A stretch of DNA of 64,000 nt from Malacoraja senta (GCA_038087875.1 CM075978.1:166222001-166286000), one strand, 5' to 3'; positions 1-12,064 are shown, numbered from the stretch's first letter. Numbers and translations are program-made. Notes: generated by a model not told the origin, from the sequence alone.

Positions 1-39
1 CGAGAGACTCTGTGCGTTTACCAGATCTGTTCCTCCCAT

Positions 40-300
40 GATTTTGTCCACCATTTGCTTGTTCAAATGGACAACAGATTCCATTACTATTTTTGAAGAA
101 TAGTAGAGGGACCCTGGCTAATATCCATCCCTTAACCAACATCAATTAAAAGTGATTTTCAGGTCATTATCATTTATTTTTTTCCGGGAGCTTAGCTGTG
201 TGCAAATTGGATAATGGCGGCTGTGATGAAAAAGAACTAAATCATATTTGGGCAATCCTGTGATTGTGAAAACTGTTGAAGATATTGAAGTCATCTTTTG
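40..300 (+). mobile_element. Old DeuSINE (SacSINE1/AmnSINE-like) fragment
   Basis: Degenerate match to the Deu-domain and tail as recalled: '..ctatttttgaagaatag..ctggctaatatccatcccttaaccaacatc..ggtcattatc..gggagcttagctgtgtgcaaattgg..gtgaaa'. Confidence 0.6.
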
Positions 301-402
301 AATTGATTAACCTTCCTGTAAGATACATGAAGCCTTAACGTGTTCTTACTTCAAAGGATAATTTCAACAAATGTTGTTAAATTTTATTATCTTGTTTAAA
401 GT

Positions 403-556
403 CAGGGATACCGCATGAAAACAGGCCCTTTGGCCTGGAGAGTCCACGTTGACCATCGATCACCCATTCATGCTAGCTCAATGTTATTCCACTTTAGCAT
501 GCACTCCCTACACACTAGGGCAATTTACAAAGGCCAGTTAACCTCCACACCTGCAC
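403..556 (-). mobile_element. HE1-type SINE, 3' fragment
   Basis: 'aacaggccctttggcc..cactagggcaatttaca..aacct' matches the 3' half of the other SINE copies in the window. Confidence 0.7.
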
Positions 557-958
557 TGAAGCAACACTCCCAGGCTCCAGATGCATATAAATAATTATGA
601 AATAAATGACCTACTAATATCTTTCATAAGATCTAGTTCAGCTGCTTCCTCATAGTCATGACACGCATTGGATTTTTAGGGCTGTAGAAACTATCTGTAG
701 TTCAAACACCAAAGACCTCACCACACCCAAGTGCCAAGAATGGGGGAAATTCATGCCCACAGGACAGAACACTTTGAAATCACCCTTAACTGTGACTCTG
801 TCTTTGCCATGAACATCTTTAACCACCCACAGCGGCCTATTGTTGACCTCTAAAGGGTATCAACTGGCGTGTTGAACAAAAGACTCTAAACCAAGTGTTA
901 GTACAACTTAATCTTTATTGGCATTCGAGGTACTGAAACATGCATGCAAATCGCTGAC

Positions 959-1642
959 ATATTGATTAGTAGGACTGGATGTTACAATCCCTAAAGTTCT
1001 TCACCAAAACTGACACCCAGTATTCTTGGGGGTGACCACTAGGTGATTTTGCTACCAATCAGACACATCTTCAGTTGTGTACCTCAACATCACTGGGTGT
1101 TTCGGCCTTTTATCACAAGACACCCTCAGTTGAGGCAGGCCCACCGCAGGGTGATCAGCCCTGGGAGTGTATCTTATGATTAGCCTACAGATGGTCACAT
1201 GGCAGCCCAGACAGCATCTTTTCTCTTCAGCCACAGCCAGTGACTTCTCCATTCTGCTTTTTTCCTTCCATCTTCCTCTCTACCGCTGACTGTGGCTGGT
1301 TGGGCTCTGGACTCGTGTCTGTTGGTGGGACAGTACTTGGTTGAGCTTCACCTGGGGTGCTGATACCCTGTGGACTGTGGTGGTTAACCTGCCACTGGGC
1401 TTCACTCGACTGATTTGGCCGACTTCTTAGAAGGTAATGGTCAATGCGAGGCCCCACACCAAGCTCTCCCAGGCACGTTTCCCTGCCCTGGTGGATCTTG
1501 AGACCCTTCTCTGATGTTATCTTTTCCCAGCCACAGATGGAGCTTCGCAGTTTATGTCCTGCCGGGGCTGCTGCTCTGTCAATTGCTGTGCTAGTTCTCT
1601 TATTCATAGTCGATTCCTTCCATAGCCATATAAGGGTGCATG
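959..1642 (-). mobile_element. Internally deleted Hero/R2-like non-LTR retroelement (N-terminal Zn-finger-like region fused to 3' end)
   Basis: Flanked by an exact 20-bp direct repeat catgcatgcaaatcgctgac (939-958 and 1643-1662). ORF 1227-1649 'ICGWEKITSEKGLKIHQGR..RIDHYLLRSRPNQSSEAQ' resembles the Hero N-terminus. 3' part 'gggtgtc..gaaacaccc..gatg..caactgaagatgtgtc' is typical of Hero 3' ends. Confidence 0.65.
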
Positions 1643-2229
1643 CATGCATGCAAATCGCTGACTTCTAATAATTCCTCATTTGATTTATTATTCCAACATC
1701 ACTTATTACGCTAAATCATAAGACTCATGATTCAAACTCAGATGTTACCCATATGAATGAATTGGCCAGATTCACTATATTGGTAGGGAGCAGTCTTCAC
1801 TGAGCTTCAAACTCAGGTCCCTCCTTCTTCCAATGATTGTTCCCAGGTTGTTGCCGATGATGTCTCAGTCTGCTCTTCTGTGTCTCCCTTCAATCTTCTA
1901 AAGGGCGCCATTGTCCTAACCCAAGGCTGCCCACGACTCTGAAGTCACTCATTTCAAGTTGCCACTCACCCAAAGACTGAATAAACGAAACACATCTTCA
2001 TTCTTCATCAGTCTAGAGAGTTCTTAATTATGTTGCCTGTTCATATTTTCATTCCCATCATGCAGTCCCTTTGTGAGGCAGCCATTCCCATGCACCTGAT
2101 CGTCTCAAGGCCACACTGCATGAGCATGAAGTTACCTTCACTTTAGCTCTCACCAGATGTCAAACATGTGACTGTTTTCATGGTGCTTCTATGTTTTCGT
2201 ATCCCAGCACTTCTCTCTGTCTCTCTCTA

Positions 2230-2455
2230 GTTAGCAGCATCCTCCCAAAGCCTGTCAGGATACTGGGCATCAAGTCTCCGGCTATTCTATTTGGTCCAGC
2301 CTTACCTCCTAGGTAACTCAATGAATTGGAAGGATATCACCTCTCTTTACAAAATCCTCCAAATTCACTGTAAAGATAAACAAATCAACATTAAAGCTCT
2401 CTCCCATATTAATGTCCCCAGTGTTGAAGCCCCCGTTACACTAAAGTCAGCTCCA
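2230..2455 (+). mobile_element. Degraded RTE (BovB-like) LINE fragment
   Basis: Conceptual translation LEGYH..KILQIHCKDKQINIKALSHINVPSVEA resembles the RTE post-RT region. Confidence 0.45.
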
Positions 2456-2739
2456 TAGTGTAGGCCATGTTATAAGGCCATGAGCCAGGAGCAGAATTAG
2501 GCCATTCAGCCTGTCGAGTCCACTCCACCATTTCCAAGGTCGGAGTTGGGCCGAGGTGGGACCAAGGTGGACGGGCCGCTCCACCGAGAATAAAGGGGGA
2601 CCCAGCGTGGAGGGGCTGCCGAGAACTAAGAGGTGCCTGGCATAGGAGGGTCGAAGATAAGATGTGTACTTTTTATAACTTTGTTGGCGCCTTGTTGGCT
2701 CTGAAATTCCTTCAGCATTGTGCACCAAAATGTTGCTTT

Positions 2740-2990
2740 ACATGAAAGAAAATCCTCAGCACATGTGCCACATTTTGGTGAAGAGCAGTGTTCTCGTGGG
2801 CAGCTGACACCTCAAACATACATTAATTAATTAGCTATCTTATGGCTATTTATAAGCTTCCAGCTTTGTGCGAAATGGAGCCCTGCTTACCTATTTAACA
2901 GTCATTGCACTTCAAACATAATTCATTGTGAAGTGCTTTGAGATGTTTTCCAATACATTAATCAGAATATAATTGCAAATTCTCTGTTTC
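2740..2990 (+). mobile_element. Old DeuSINE-like fragment
   Basis: 'gaagagcagtgttctc..ctttgtgcgaaatgg..acagtcattgcacttcaaa..attcattgtgaagtgctttgagatg..tataattgcaa' resembles a Deu/L2-type tail. Confidence 0.5.
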
Positions 2991-3095
2991 CTCAATAACG
3001 CCCCTCATTAATTTACTGATGACTAATTTGTATTGTGTTTTCCGGTGCTAAACAGCAGGGGCATCTATTTTGGAATCACTTTGCAGAAGTTTACC

Positions 3096-3800
3096 GGAAG
3101 GTGGCGCCAGCAATGGCTGCCTCGCCAACCGTCTGCCTGTCCCTTCCTTCTTTTGTTGTTTGTTTGTATGTGTTAAATGTATGGTTTTAGTGGGTTTTTA
3201 GCTTGTTTTATGTGGGGGGTGCGGGGGGGAAGTTGGGGGAAACTATTTCTAATCTCTTACCTCGACGGAGATGTGTCATATCTCCATCCACACTGCATCC
3301 TAACATCGAGGAGTTGGTGGCCTTTGCTGGAGACAGATTTCGAGAGCTCCACCGTGGGTGTCTGCGTACTTTAACATCACGGAACTCACGATCCCTTTGC
3401 CATGGATCGACTGAGCTCCAACCACGGGAGTCTATGGGACTGTTACATCACGGAGCTGGCAGTCTCTGGTCAGAGACCGACTTCAGGAACTCCAACCGCA
3501 AGAGCTTCGACCACCCCGACATGGGGGCTTCGACCACCAGCTGCGGGAGCTTTGATCGCCCCGACTGCGGATGGTTCGACTGGCCCGACCGCGGGAGAAT
3601 AAAAGAGGAAGAAGGTTGGACTTTATTGCCTACCATCATAGTGAGGAATGTGGGGAATCCGCTGTGGTGGATGTTTATGTTAACTTTTATGTAGTTGTGT
3701 CTTGTTCCTTTTTTTAGTATGGCTGTATGGTAATTCGAATTTCACTTTACCTTAATTGGTACGTGTGACAATAAACTGACCTTGAAATTTTGAAACCTTG
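3096..3800 (+). mobile_element. GC-rich non-autonomous retroposon with Rex1-like 3' tail
   Basis: Starts 'aggtggcgccagcaatggctgcc'. Has a G-run and internal 'gcttcgaccaccccgac' repeats. Ends 'tttcact..ggtacgtgtgacaataaactgaccttga'. Same architecture as 57765-58618. Confidence 0.6.
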
Positions 3801-3964
3801 ATAATTTAACTGAATTCATTCCAATTGGGGCATCCGGATTCCAAGTGACACCAAGTTTTTTTTATCCTCGTTTTTTCAGTAACTGCAATGCTGTAACACC
3901 ATGTTCCCCACTCTGGTATTTTTCTCTTTGCACTACCTGTATATACTTGTGTACCCATGTACAG

Positions 3965-4480
3965 CATAGAGACATACGGCGTGGTAACAGGCCCTTTGGC
4001 TCAACTTACCCACACGGACCAACATGTCCCATCGACACTAGTCCCACCTGCCTGCGTTTGGTCCATATCTTGCTAAACCTGTCCTATCCAAGTACCAGCT
4101 TATTGTTTGTTAAACGTTGCAATAATCCCTGCCTCAACTACCTCCTCTGGCAGCTCATTCCATACTCCTACCGTTCTTTATGTGAAAATGTTACCCCATC
4201 AGATTCCTATTATATCATGTTAAAGAAGGAACTGCAGATGCTGGAAAATCGAAGGTACACAAAAATGCTGGAGAAACTCAGCGGGTGCAGCAGCATCTAA
4301 GGAGCGAAGGAAATAGGCAACATTTCGGGCCGAAACCCGAACCGGAGTCTGAAGAAGGGTTTCGGCCCGAAACGTTGCCTATTTCCTTCGCTCCATAGAT
4401 GCTGCTGCACCCGCTGAGTTTCTCCAGCATTTTTGTGTACCTCCTATTATATCATCCCCCCTTCACCTTAAAGGTATGGT
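3965..4480 (-). mobile_element. CR1/HER1 LINE 3' fragment interrupted by a Penelope foldback
   Basis: 'aacaggccctttggc..ctagtcccacctgcctgcgtttggtccata..cctcctctggcagctcattcc..cagattccta' resumes as 'cccccttcaccttaaa' after 4443. Confidence 0.75.
4222..4443. repeat. Penelope-derived inverted (foldback) repeat with hammerhead-like core
   Basis: 4252-4337 is a near-perfect reverse complement of 4357-4443. Contains CTGAAGA-a-gggtttcggccc-GAAACGTT at 4349-4376. Confidence 0.8.
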
Positions 4481-4485
4481 TTGTA

Positions 4486-4770
4486 GAAACAAGGAACTTC
4501 AGATGCTGGTTTGCAAAAAAAGACACAAAGTGCTGGCGTAACCCAGGGGGTCAGGCAGCATTCCTGGAGAACATGAATAGGTGACATTTCTGGTCGGGAC
4601 CCTTCACCTATTACCTGCCTCGCTTTGTCCTGCCCCTCTCTAGCTTTCTTCCATGCCTACTATCAGTCTGAAGAAGGGTCCCAACCCAAAACGTCACCTT
4701 TCCGTGCTCTCCTGAGATCTGGAATGTTGCCTGCCCCACTGAGTTACTCCACCACATAGTATTTTGTTTT
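4486..4770. repeat. Penelope-derived inverted repeat
   Basis: 'agatgctggttt..acacaaagtgctgg' ... 'cagtctgaagaagggtcccaacccaaaacgtcacc..gagttactcca'. Confidence 0.7.
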
Positions 4771-5210
4771 CATAGCATGCAAACAAAGTTTTTCACTGTA
4801 TCTCGGTGCACATAACAATAATAAACCAATACTATTACCAGATTTCAAAGGCATTACTTAGGCATAAATTGAAAAATAAGTTGTAGCAACATAAAAACTC
4901 AATTTTTAATACATGGAACCTCCAGAATAAATGAAATATGCAGCTCAGAATGAGCGTCTCATATTAAAGTCGATTTTAATGGTTTCTAATGGATTTAGAG
5001 AAGCAGTCCCAATAAATGGGGAATAGAAAGATGCACGAAAATAAAATGGATTTATAATAGCAAATATCAGAAGTTCAATTTTTAAATGGACATTCATACA
5101 AAAAAGCCTTTGAGGCGGTGAGGCTGGGGTCATAAACCTAAAACACTGGCTTAACCCACATTTAATGCAATGCACCATCTTATTAAAGGAAACAAAGTCT
5201 ATCTTTGGAC

Positions 5211-5514
5211 TTAGTTTAGTTTGGTTTAGAGACACATTGCGGAAACAGGCCCTTCGACCACCGAGTCTGCATCCACCAGCGGTCTCTGCACACTAACACT
5301 ATTCTACACACACTAGGGACAACTTACATTTATACCAAGCCAAATAGACTGCAAACCTGTACATCTTTGGAGTGGGTGAGGAAACCAGAGCACCCTGAGA
5401 AAACCCACGGGGAGAATGTACAAACCCCATACAGACAGCACCCGTAGTCAGGATCCAAACCGGGTCTTTAGCGCTGTAAGGCAGCAACTCTACCGCTGCG
5501 CCATCGTGCTGCCC
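5211..5514 (-). mobile_element. HE1-type tRNA-derived V-SINE, full length
   Basis: On the minus strand: tRNA head 'gggcagcacgatggcgcagcggtagagttgctgccttacagcgc', V-domain-like body, and (CTAAA)n tail. Confidence 0.9.
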
Positions 5515-6712
5515 ATGATTTCTGGGAATTTTCTGGGAAAGGAGCATCTGGAATTTGAGGCTTTGCATCAGGAGCACCACAAAGCCCCGTGTAAAAAGAG
5601 TGCCCCATGTTACAAGCTACCAATCTACCCATCCCATCAGACACCACCAGCCTCATCTGTGAAAGAGTATGCACTTCTTACATTGGCCTCATTACCCACT
5701 TAGAACACATGGAATAGAAGCCAGACTAGCTCAATCCGAAGCGAAGAGCAACTAATTTACGGCCACAAACTAACATGAACACCACCAACGGATATACCAC
5801 CTTTTGCCCTTTTCTACTGCTGGAGATTTCAGAAGATTCTTATAAAACATATTCAAAGGATTTCTGAGATGCTTGGCCAAGACTGCATCAACACTCTTTT
5901 AATGGCATTCAGCTGCCAAGGAGGCCCAGCATGCTGCCACCACTGCATTCTCTCAGGGTAATCACATGTGTGATCTCGCCAACCCCGCACCACTGAGGCT
6001 TATGCTACTGCCTGCCTGCCAAACTCAGACTGCCGTGACGCACATTAAGAAGGTGTAATCCAAAGCTAGGGCATCAGGACCCAGAGCTGATCGAAATGAT
6101 CCTCCAATGCCAGATGAAGCCTCTTCCACTGACCTGTCTTCCACCACTGTGTGAGCATTGAGTGGAAGGATGAAGATATCCTGGTTTTAACTTCCCCAAA
6201 TATATGGCTTTAGAAGTCTGAAGAAGGGTTTTGACCTGAAACGCCACCCATCCCTTCTCTCCAGAGATGCTGCCTGTCCCGTTGAGTTAACTCCAGCATT
6301 TTGTGTCTATCTTCACTTGATACTTGTCTGACGTAAACATTATCTGCCATTCCTTTGCCTACTTTCCCATTTGATCATTATTTGCATTTTGCCCTCAGGT
6401 ACATGGCTTGCATGTGGATAGTAGATAGGAGACACATGGATAGCAGATAGCTCTTGATGCCTAGCATCCAGCCATATGTTTGCATTAGTACACATATGTT
6501 TGACTCCATTACCAATGGCATAGTGTGCTGTCACGGAATGAAGACACAATGACTGTGTGGGACAATGGGCATTGACCTGCATAATAGTTTTACAAGGTCA
6601 CAGGTCAGCTGGATGTTAATGGAATGGGCTCCTTTGCAGGTTGTGAGATATCACAGGAGAACATTCAATGCATGGTATCCCGAGTAATTCCAGCAATTCT
6701 TTTCCTCCGAAG

Positions 6713-6920
6713 TTAGACACAAAAAGCTGGAGTAACTCAGCAGTACAGCAGCATCTCTGGAGAGAAGGAATGGATGACGTTTCGTGTTGAGACCCTTCTT
6801 CAGACTCGAAACGTCACCCATTCCTTCTCTCCAGAGATGCTTCCTGTCCCGCTGAGTTACTGCAGCTTTTTGTGTCTATCTTTGGTTTAAACCAGCATCT
6901 GCAGTTCCTTCCTACACAAT
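6713..6920. repeat. Penelope-derived foldback
   Basis: 'agacacaaaaagctggagtaactcag..gacgtttcg' is inverted to 'cgaaacgtcacccattcc..gagttactgcagctttttgtgtct'. Confidence 0.8.
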
Positions 6921-6989
6921 TATTTTCCTCCACTGGTTTCCTCATAACCTAATCTCTCTCACATGCTCATTAACAGCATCTTGATTCTC

Positions 6990-7203
6990 TACCACACACC
7001 CACTGCCGGGGGTTGTTGACAGCAGCTAAATAACCTAACAGCACATCCTTGGGATGTGGGAGGAAACTGGAGTGCCTCGGGGAAACTCAAGCAGTCACAG
7101 GGAAGCACGTGCAAATTCCGCATAAACAGATTGGGGGGGGGGGGATTCAAACCAGGGTCACTGGGGCTGTGAGATAACGGCACTAACTACTATGCCATGG
7201 TAT
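6990..7203 (-). mobile_element. Older V-SINE copy
   Basis: 'gggatgtgggaggaaactggagtgcc..cagtcacaggg..gtgcaaa' is the V-domain on the minus strand. Confidence 0.7.
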
Positions 7204-7461
7204 TGGCCATTGACAAATCAGTCATACCCTGCCCATGCTTGCAATGGTAGCCAGGGCACATGGTAAATCTCAATGGGGATATTCCTAGTACAAGCATTCC
7301 AGCATCATTTAAGTAGGGAGACCGCTCCCTGGAAGAAACTGTTCTCCAGCTGAACACTATTCACCCTCTCTGCATCTTCTGGTAGCGGCCTATTCCTTAC
7401 ACCCACTCCCCATTATCCATTCATATTATTCCTGAGTTAACTGCTAGCAAAACACCCACGT

Positions 7462-7590
7462 GTGAAGAAGGGTCCCGACCTGAAACGTCACCCATTTTCT
7501 TTCTCCAGATCTGCTGTCTGACCCGCTGAGTTACTCCAGTACTTTGTGTCTATTTTTGGTATAAACCAGAATCTGCAGATTTTCATTTCT
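7462..7590 (+). repeat. Penelope 3' repeat fragment
   Basis: 'tgaagaagggtcccgacctgaaacgtcaccc..gctgagttactccag..aaaccagaatctgcag'. Confidence 0.75.
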
Positions 7591-8505
7591 ACTATAGCAC
7601 CCGCATTCAGGCGCAATATATCCCTATGAAAATCTTAAAGTCAAAGAGCAAACGCTTCCTGGTTTTGGCAAGGCTCTGCTTTGCTAACTGCAAGTGCCTG
7701 ACATGGTTAAATCAAAGCAACCACTGCATAAATGAACCAGCAACTATGTTGGAAGCTTCCTTGAAATAGCACAGGTGAGAATGGGAAGTGTTACTGAACA
7801 CCTGATCCATTGAGTCTGCCTGCATTACTTGCAATGTTGAGCTCCAATTTGGTAATACAAGTATTAATTCTTGTCATCCGTTGACCAGTGTGATGGCCTG
7901 CTTAGTCAGCAATTCTGGGGGTGAGTTATTATCCTGCACACTGCCAACCACCTTCTCAAAGCAGTGCCTACAGCAACTTGCACTTCAAAGTTTGCCACCC
8001 ATATTGGGGGAGAAAAGACAATTATATAATGCAATCCACAGGCACTGTGAAGCTGATTTTGTTGCCCAGGTGGTAAATCTGTATTGCATTGCCTCCAATG
8101 CAGATATCTGTTTACCTCCATACATTAGCTAAAGGTAGACAAGTTGATTCTCACCTGATTCATCTGAAATCTTCTGCTGCTTGTTTTGAATTTTGTCTGT
8201 GATTTGTTTCTCATTTAGAACTCCGCTAGATATGAGGTTTATGTTAGGGAGTTAGAGGGTTTCCAGTATTCAATGAATACATTATTTATCAATGGACCTG
8301 ACCTGTATGTCGGTAATCGGTATTATGTGGGATAAAGTTAAAACTCACATGGAAAGACATGGATTACTTAACAATATCTAGTGGAGATTTAAAATATATA
8401 TATATATTTTATGCTCTAACACATTTTCTGAGGATAATGTGTCGCGAGGTTCATCTATATTAAGCTATATTCAATATTGATTAATATATTACTATATTGC
8501 TTATA

Positions 8506-8810
8506 GGACAGCACAGTGGTGCAGCATTAGAGTTGCTGCCTTACAGCACCAGAAACTGGGTTTGATCCTGACTACGGGCGCTGTCTATATGGAGTTTGTA
8601 CATTCTCCCCGTGACTGCGTGGGTTTTCTCCAGGTGCTCTGGTTTCCTCCCACATTCCAAAGACATGCAGGTTTGTAGGTTAATTGGCTTCGTAAAATTG
8701 TCTCTCAGGTGTAGGATAGAACAAGCGTATGGATGATCGCAGGTTGGTATGGACTCGGTGGGCCAAAGGGCCTATTTCCACACCGTATCTCTAAACTAAA
8801 CTAAACTAAA
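8506..8810 (+). mobile_element. HE1-type SINE, full length
   Basis: Head 'ggacagcacagtggtgcagc..gagttgctgccttacag', B-box-like 'ggtttgatcc', tail (CTAAA)n. Confidence 0.9.
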
Positions 8811-8981
8811 ATATTGAAGGAACTACTGTGAAAAGTTAATTTATTTTCAAAGATATTTGACATCAGATACATATTTTTTTTCTCAGAGATGTATTGAATT
8901 GGTCCAGCAAAATTAGTGGTAGAAATAAATACATTTTAAAAGGGAAATGTGCAAATGTTTAAAAAGTGACTTGTGTACAGA

Positions 8982-9287
8982 GGCGGCAGTGGTAGAGTTG
9001 CTGCCTTACAGCGCTTGCAGCACGGAGATCCGGGTTCGATCCCGACTACAGGTGCTGTCTGTACAGAGTTTGTACGTTCTCCCTGTGACCTGCGTGGGTT
9101 TTCTCCGAGATCTTCAGTTTCCTCCCGCACTCCAAAGACGTACAGGTTTGTAGGTTAATTGGCTTGGTGTATGTGTAAATTGTCCCTAGTGTGTGTAGGA
9201 TAGTGTTACTGTGCGGGGATCGCTGGTCGGTGCGGACTTGGTGGGTCGAAGGGCCTGTTTCCGCGCTGTATCTCGAAACTAAACTAA
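8982..9287 (+). mobile_element. HE1-type SINE (variant with 'cttgcagc' head insertion)
   Basis: B-box 'gggttcgatcccg', V-domain, tail 'gggcctgtttccgcgctgtatctcgaaactaaactaaa'. Confidence 0.9.
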
Positions 9288-10068
9288 AAAAAAAGATTAG
9301 CCAGGGGGTTGGGAACAAATGGATAGGTCATTCTGATGACTGATACAGGCACAGTGAACCAAATAGATTTCTGTGATATCGTCACATTCCCTTTTAAGGT
9401 TGTCTGTATTTCCTTTGAAGCTACAGTATACATGGTTTGAAATTTATTTTTACTCATTCCAGTGAAATAGACCCCAAAGAATTCCTTGCAATTGCTGACG
9501 GCTTTGTTTATCTGTGATATAATCATATCTTCCACTGTTATGATTGAAATACCTTCCGGCCTATTTGTTAGAATACAATAAAATTAAATGAGACAGTCAT
9601 CGAACTATAAAACTGAAATGTTCTGGTAAATAAATACATATGAATTGATTATGAGCCGCAGGGTAAATGACTTGAACAATGAGTTTTTACGTGGAAATTT
9701 ACCCCCTGATCGATAGGACCAATTTACAATAGAACTAACATAGAAGCAGGCATAAAGCGCTATATAAATAAAATCTATTATTATTATTATTATATACAAG
9801 AACAAAAGAACACATAATAAGAGCAGGAGCAGGCTATTTAGCTCTTCAAGCCTGCCCCACTTTGATGATCTACGCTGACCACAACACATCCGTGCCATTC
9901 TCTCCACTACGCTCTATTCCATGCTTTAGCGTATTTATCCAACTCCACTTTAAATATTTCTAAAGATACACCTTCCATCACCAATTTGACAGAGAACTGC
10001 AAAGATTCACCACCTTCTGCGAGTATAATTTTTTTCGGTACTCCAGCTTTAAGTGACCAGATCTTAAA

Positions 10069-10450
10069 TAGGTCCACCACCGATTTTCCGGAACCTTTGG
10101 TTTCAGAGCCTAGTCAGATTATCCATTTTGCCTGACTAATAAAGATCACGGCATCTGAGAGGAATCGAACGGAGCCAGAACAGTCTGCCTAAGCCACCAG
10201 GGAGCTGAGATACTGGCCTGCAAAGTCGGCCTCGGAAGTCGTCTATGGGAACGGATCCACCAACTCTGACCAGGCCGGAGTTCCGGAGTTCCAGAGTCCC
10301 GGCCACAAGGGGAAAATTGGACCTGCTGATCAGCCCCGGAAGTCCTGATGAGGTCGAGATCGGCCGCCTCAACCGGCCTAGGCGCTATATTTCCAGGAAG
10401 ATTCCCGGGGAGGGGGGGGGCTCTTGAAATTTTGTCTGGATTAAAGGAGA
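10069..10450 (+). mobile_element. GC-rich MITE-like fragment (possibly Tc1/mariner-derived), right end lost
   Basis: Begins 'ta|ggtccaccaccgattttccggaacc'; CpG-rich body within AT-rich flanks; no matching right TIR seen. Confidence 0.35.
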
Positions 10451-11460
10451 TCTGTTTGATCTGTTTTGAGTTTAGCTCATGCCTAATCTGCCTTTCAACA
10501 AAGACCATGGTTGATCTTTAATCCCAGCCTGAATTTCCTGCATTATCCTCAGGCGCCTCATATATCTTTCTTGAATATAATCAGTGACTGGGCCTCCACA
10601 ACTCCCTTAGGTAGAGGTTTTCAAAGTTACTACTTTTATTGGTGAAGAAATGTCATTACTATCCTGAATAACTAATCCCTTATTTTGAGTTTATAACCTC
10701 TGGTTGTACACATCCAACCCTCAAGAAACATAATTCCTGCATCTGCCCTGTCCTTACAAATGTTGTATATTTTAATAAGATAAGTCTTCTAAATTCCTTC
10801 AGCACAGATGTTCAGCAGCTGTAAACTTGAAGCATTGGCATAAGGTGCTCTATTGTGACAATTCAATTTACTTTACAACCTGTTTCAAAGTGTTACAGAA
10901 GGCATCAGTTGGAAGGCAACTTGGGAAAGTCTCTTGAGTTACTTGTTCAAACTGTGCCTAATGCTATCATCAAACAATTGATGCTATCAGCTTTGGAAGA
11001 GAGGGTGAAGAGCAGAAGGTCAAAGCAATAAAAAATGCTTACCAGCAGCTCTCCGTTTGAATTTCCAAGTTGTCCTTCTCCAATCTAATTCACCACTATC
11101 TCATATTTCACTCTTACTTCCAATTTATATATAATTCTGTTTCAATTGAGAATGCATTCTCTGCTTAAATTCCAGCCACAGTATCTTCAAAAAGGAAAAT
11201 CCATACATGAAGACGAACCTAGAGGAAAACTCTGAAATTATGTTTCTCAAGAACCAAGCATTACTGATCAAACTTCATCAAACTGATTGAAACACCTATC
11301 CAATGCATTAAGTCTTCTTGGTTATTCTGATCAGTTAAAGCTGGAGTAAAGAAATGTTGTTGAATCGCGTCATCAACCCATCGGTGATTTTTTTTCTCCA
11401 TTGTCTACAGGAAAATAGTGTGGGAATTGGTGGTGCGTTTGACAGCACTGGGGCATTTCT

Positions 11461-12040
11461 TGCTGGAGTTTAGAAGAATGAAGGGGACCTCATTGAAATG
11501 TATAGAATAGTGAAAGACTTGGATAGAGTGGATGTGCAGAGGATGTTTCCACTAGTGGGAGAGTCTAGGACTAGAGGTCATACATAGCCTCAAAATTAAA
11601 GGACGTTCTTTTAGGGAGGTGATGAGGAGGAATTTCTTTGGTCAGAGGGTGGTGAATCTGTGGAATTCTTTGCCACAGAAGGCTGTGGAGGCAAAGTCAG
11701 TGGAAATATTTAAGGCAGAGACAGATAGATTCTTGTGTAGGAAAGAACTGCAGATGCTGGTTTAAATCGAAGGTAGACACAAAATGCTGGAGTAACTCAA
11801 CGGGACAGGAAGCTTCACTGGAGAAAGGAATGGGTGACGTTTCGGGTTGAGACCCTTCTTCAAACTTCTTCAGATAGATAGATTCTTGATTAGTACGGGT
11901 ATCAGAGATTATGGGGAGAAGGCAGAAGAATGGGATAAGGTGGGAGCGATAGATCAGCCATGATTGAATGTCAGAGTAGACTTGATGGGCCGAATGGTCT
12001 AATTCTTCCCCTATCGCTTATGATCTTATGATCTTATGCT
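11461..12040 (+). mobile_element. CR1/HER1 LINE 3' fragment with a Penelope repeat inserted at about 11735-11872
   Basis: 'ctggagtttagaagaatgaaggggacctcattgaa..gtgaatctgtggaattc..gatcagccatgattgaatg..cttatgatcttatg'. Confidence 0.85.
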
Positions 12041-12064
12041 AGTGCAAGATTCACAAATGGTTTT

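Noticed and set aside
1055-1135. Hammerhead-like pieces (GAAAC, CTGAAGA) in the Hero-like 3' end
   Set aside because: The order and stems do not close into a valid type I, II or III hammerhead.
8982-9050. tRNA genes at the SINE heads
   Set aside because: They continue into the V-domain and LINE-like tail and lack an intact cloverleaf, so they are SINE heads.
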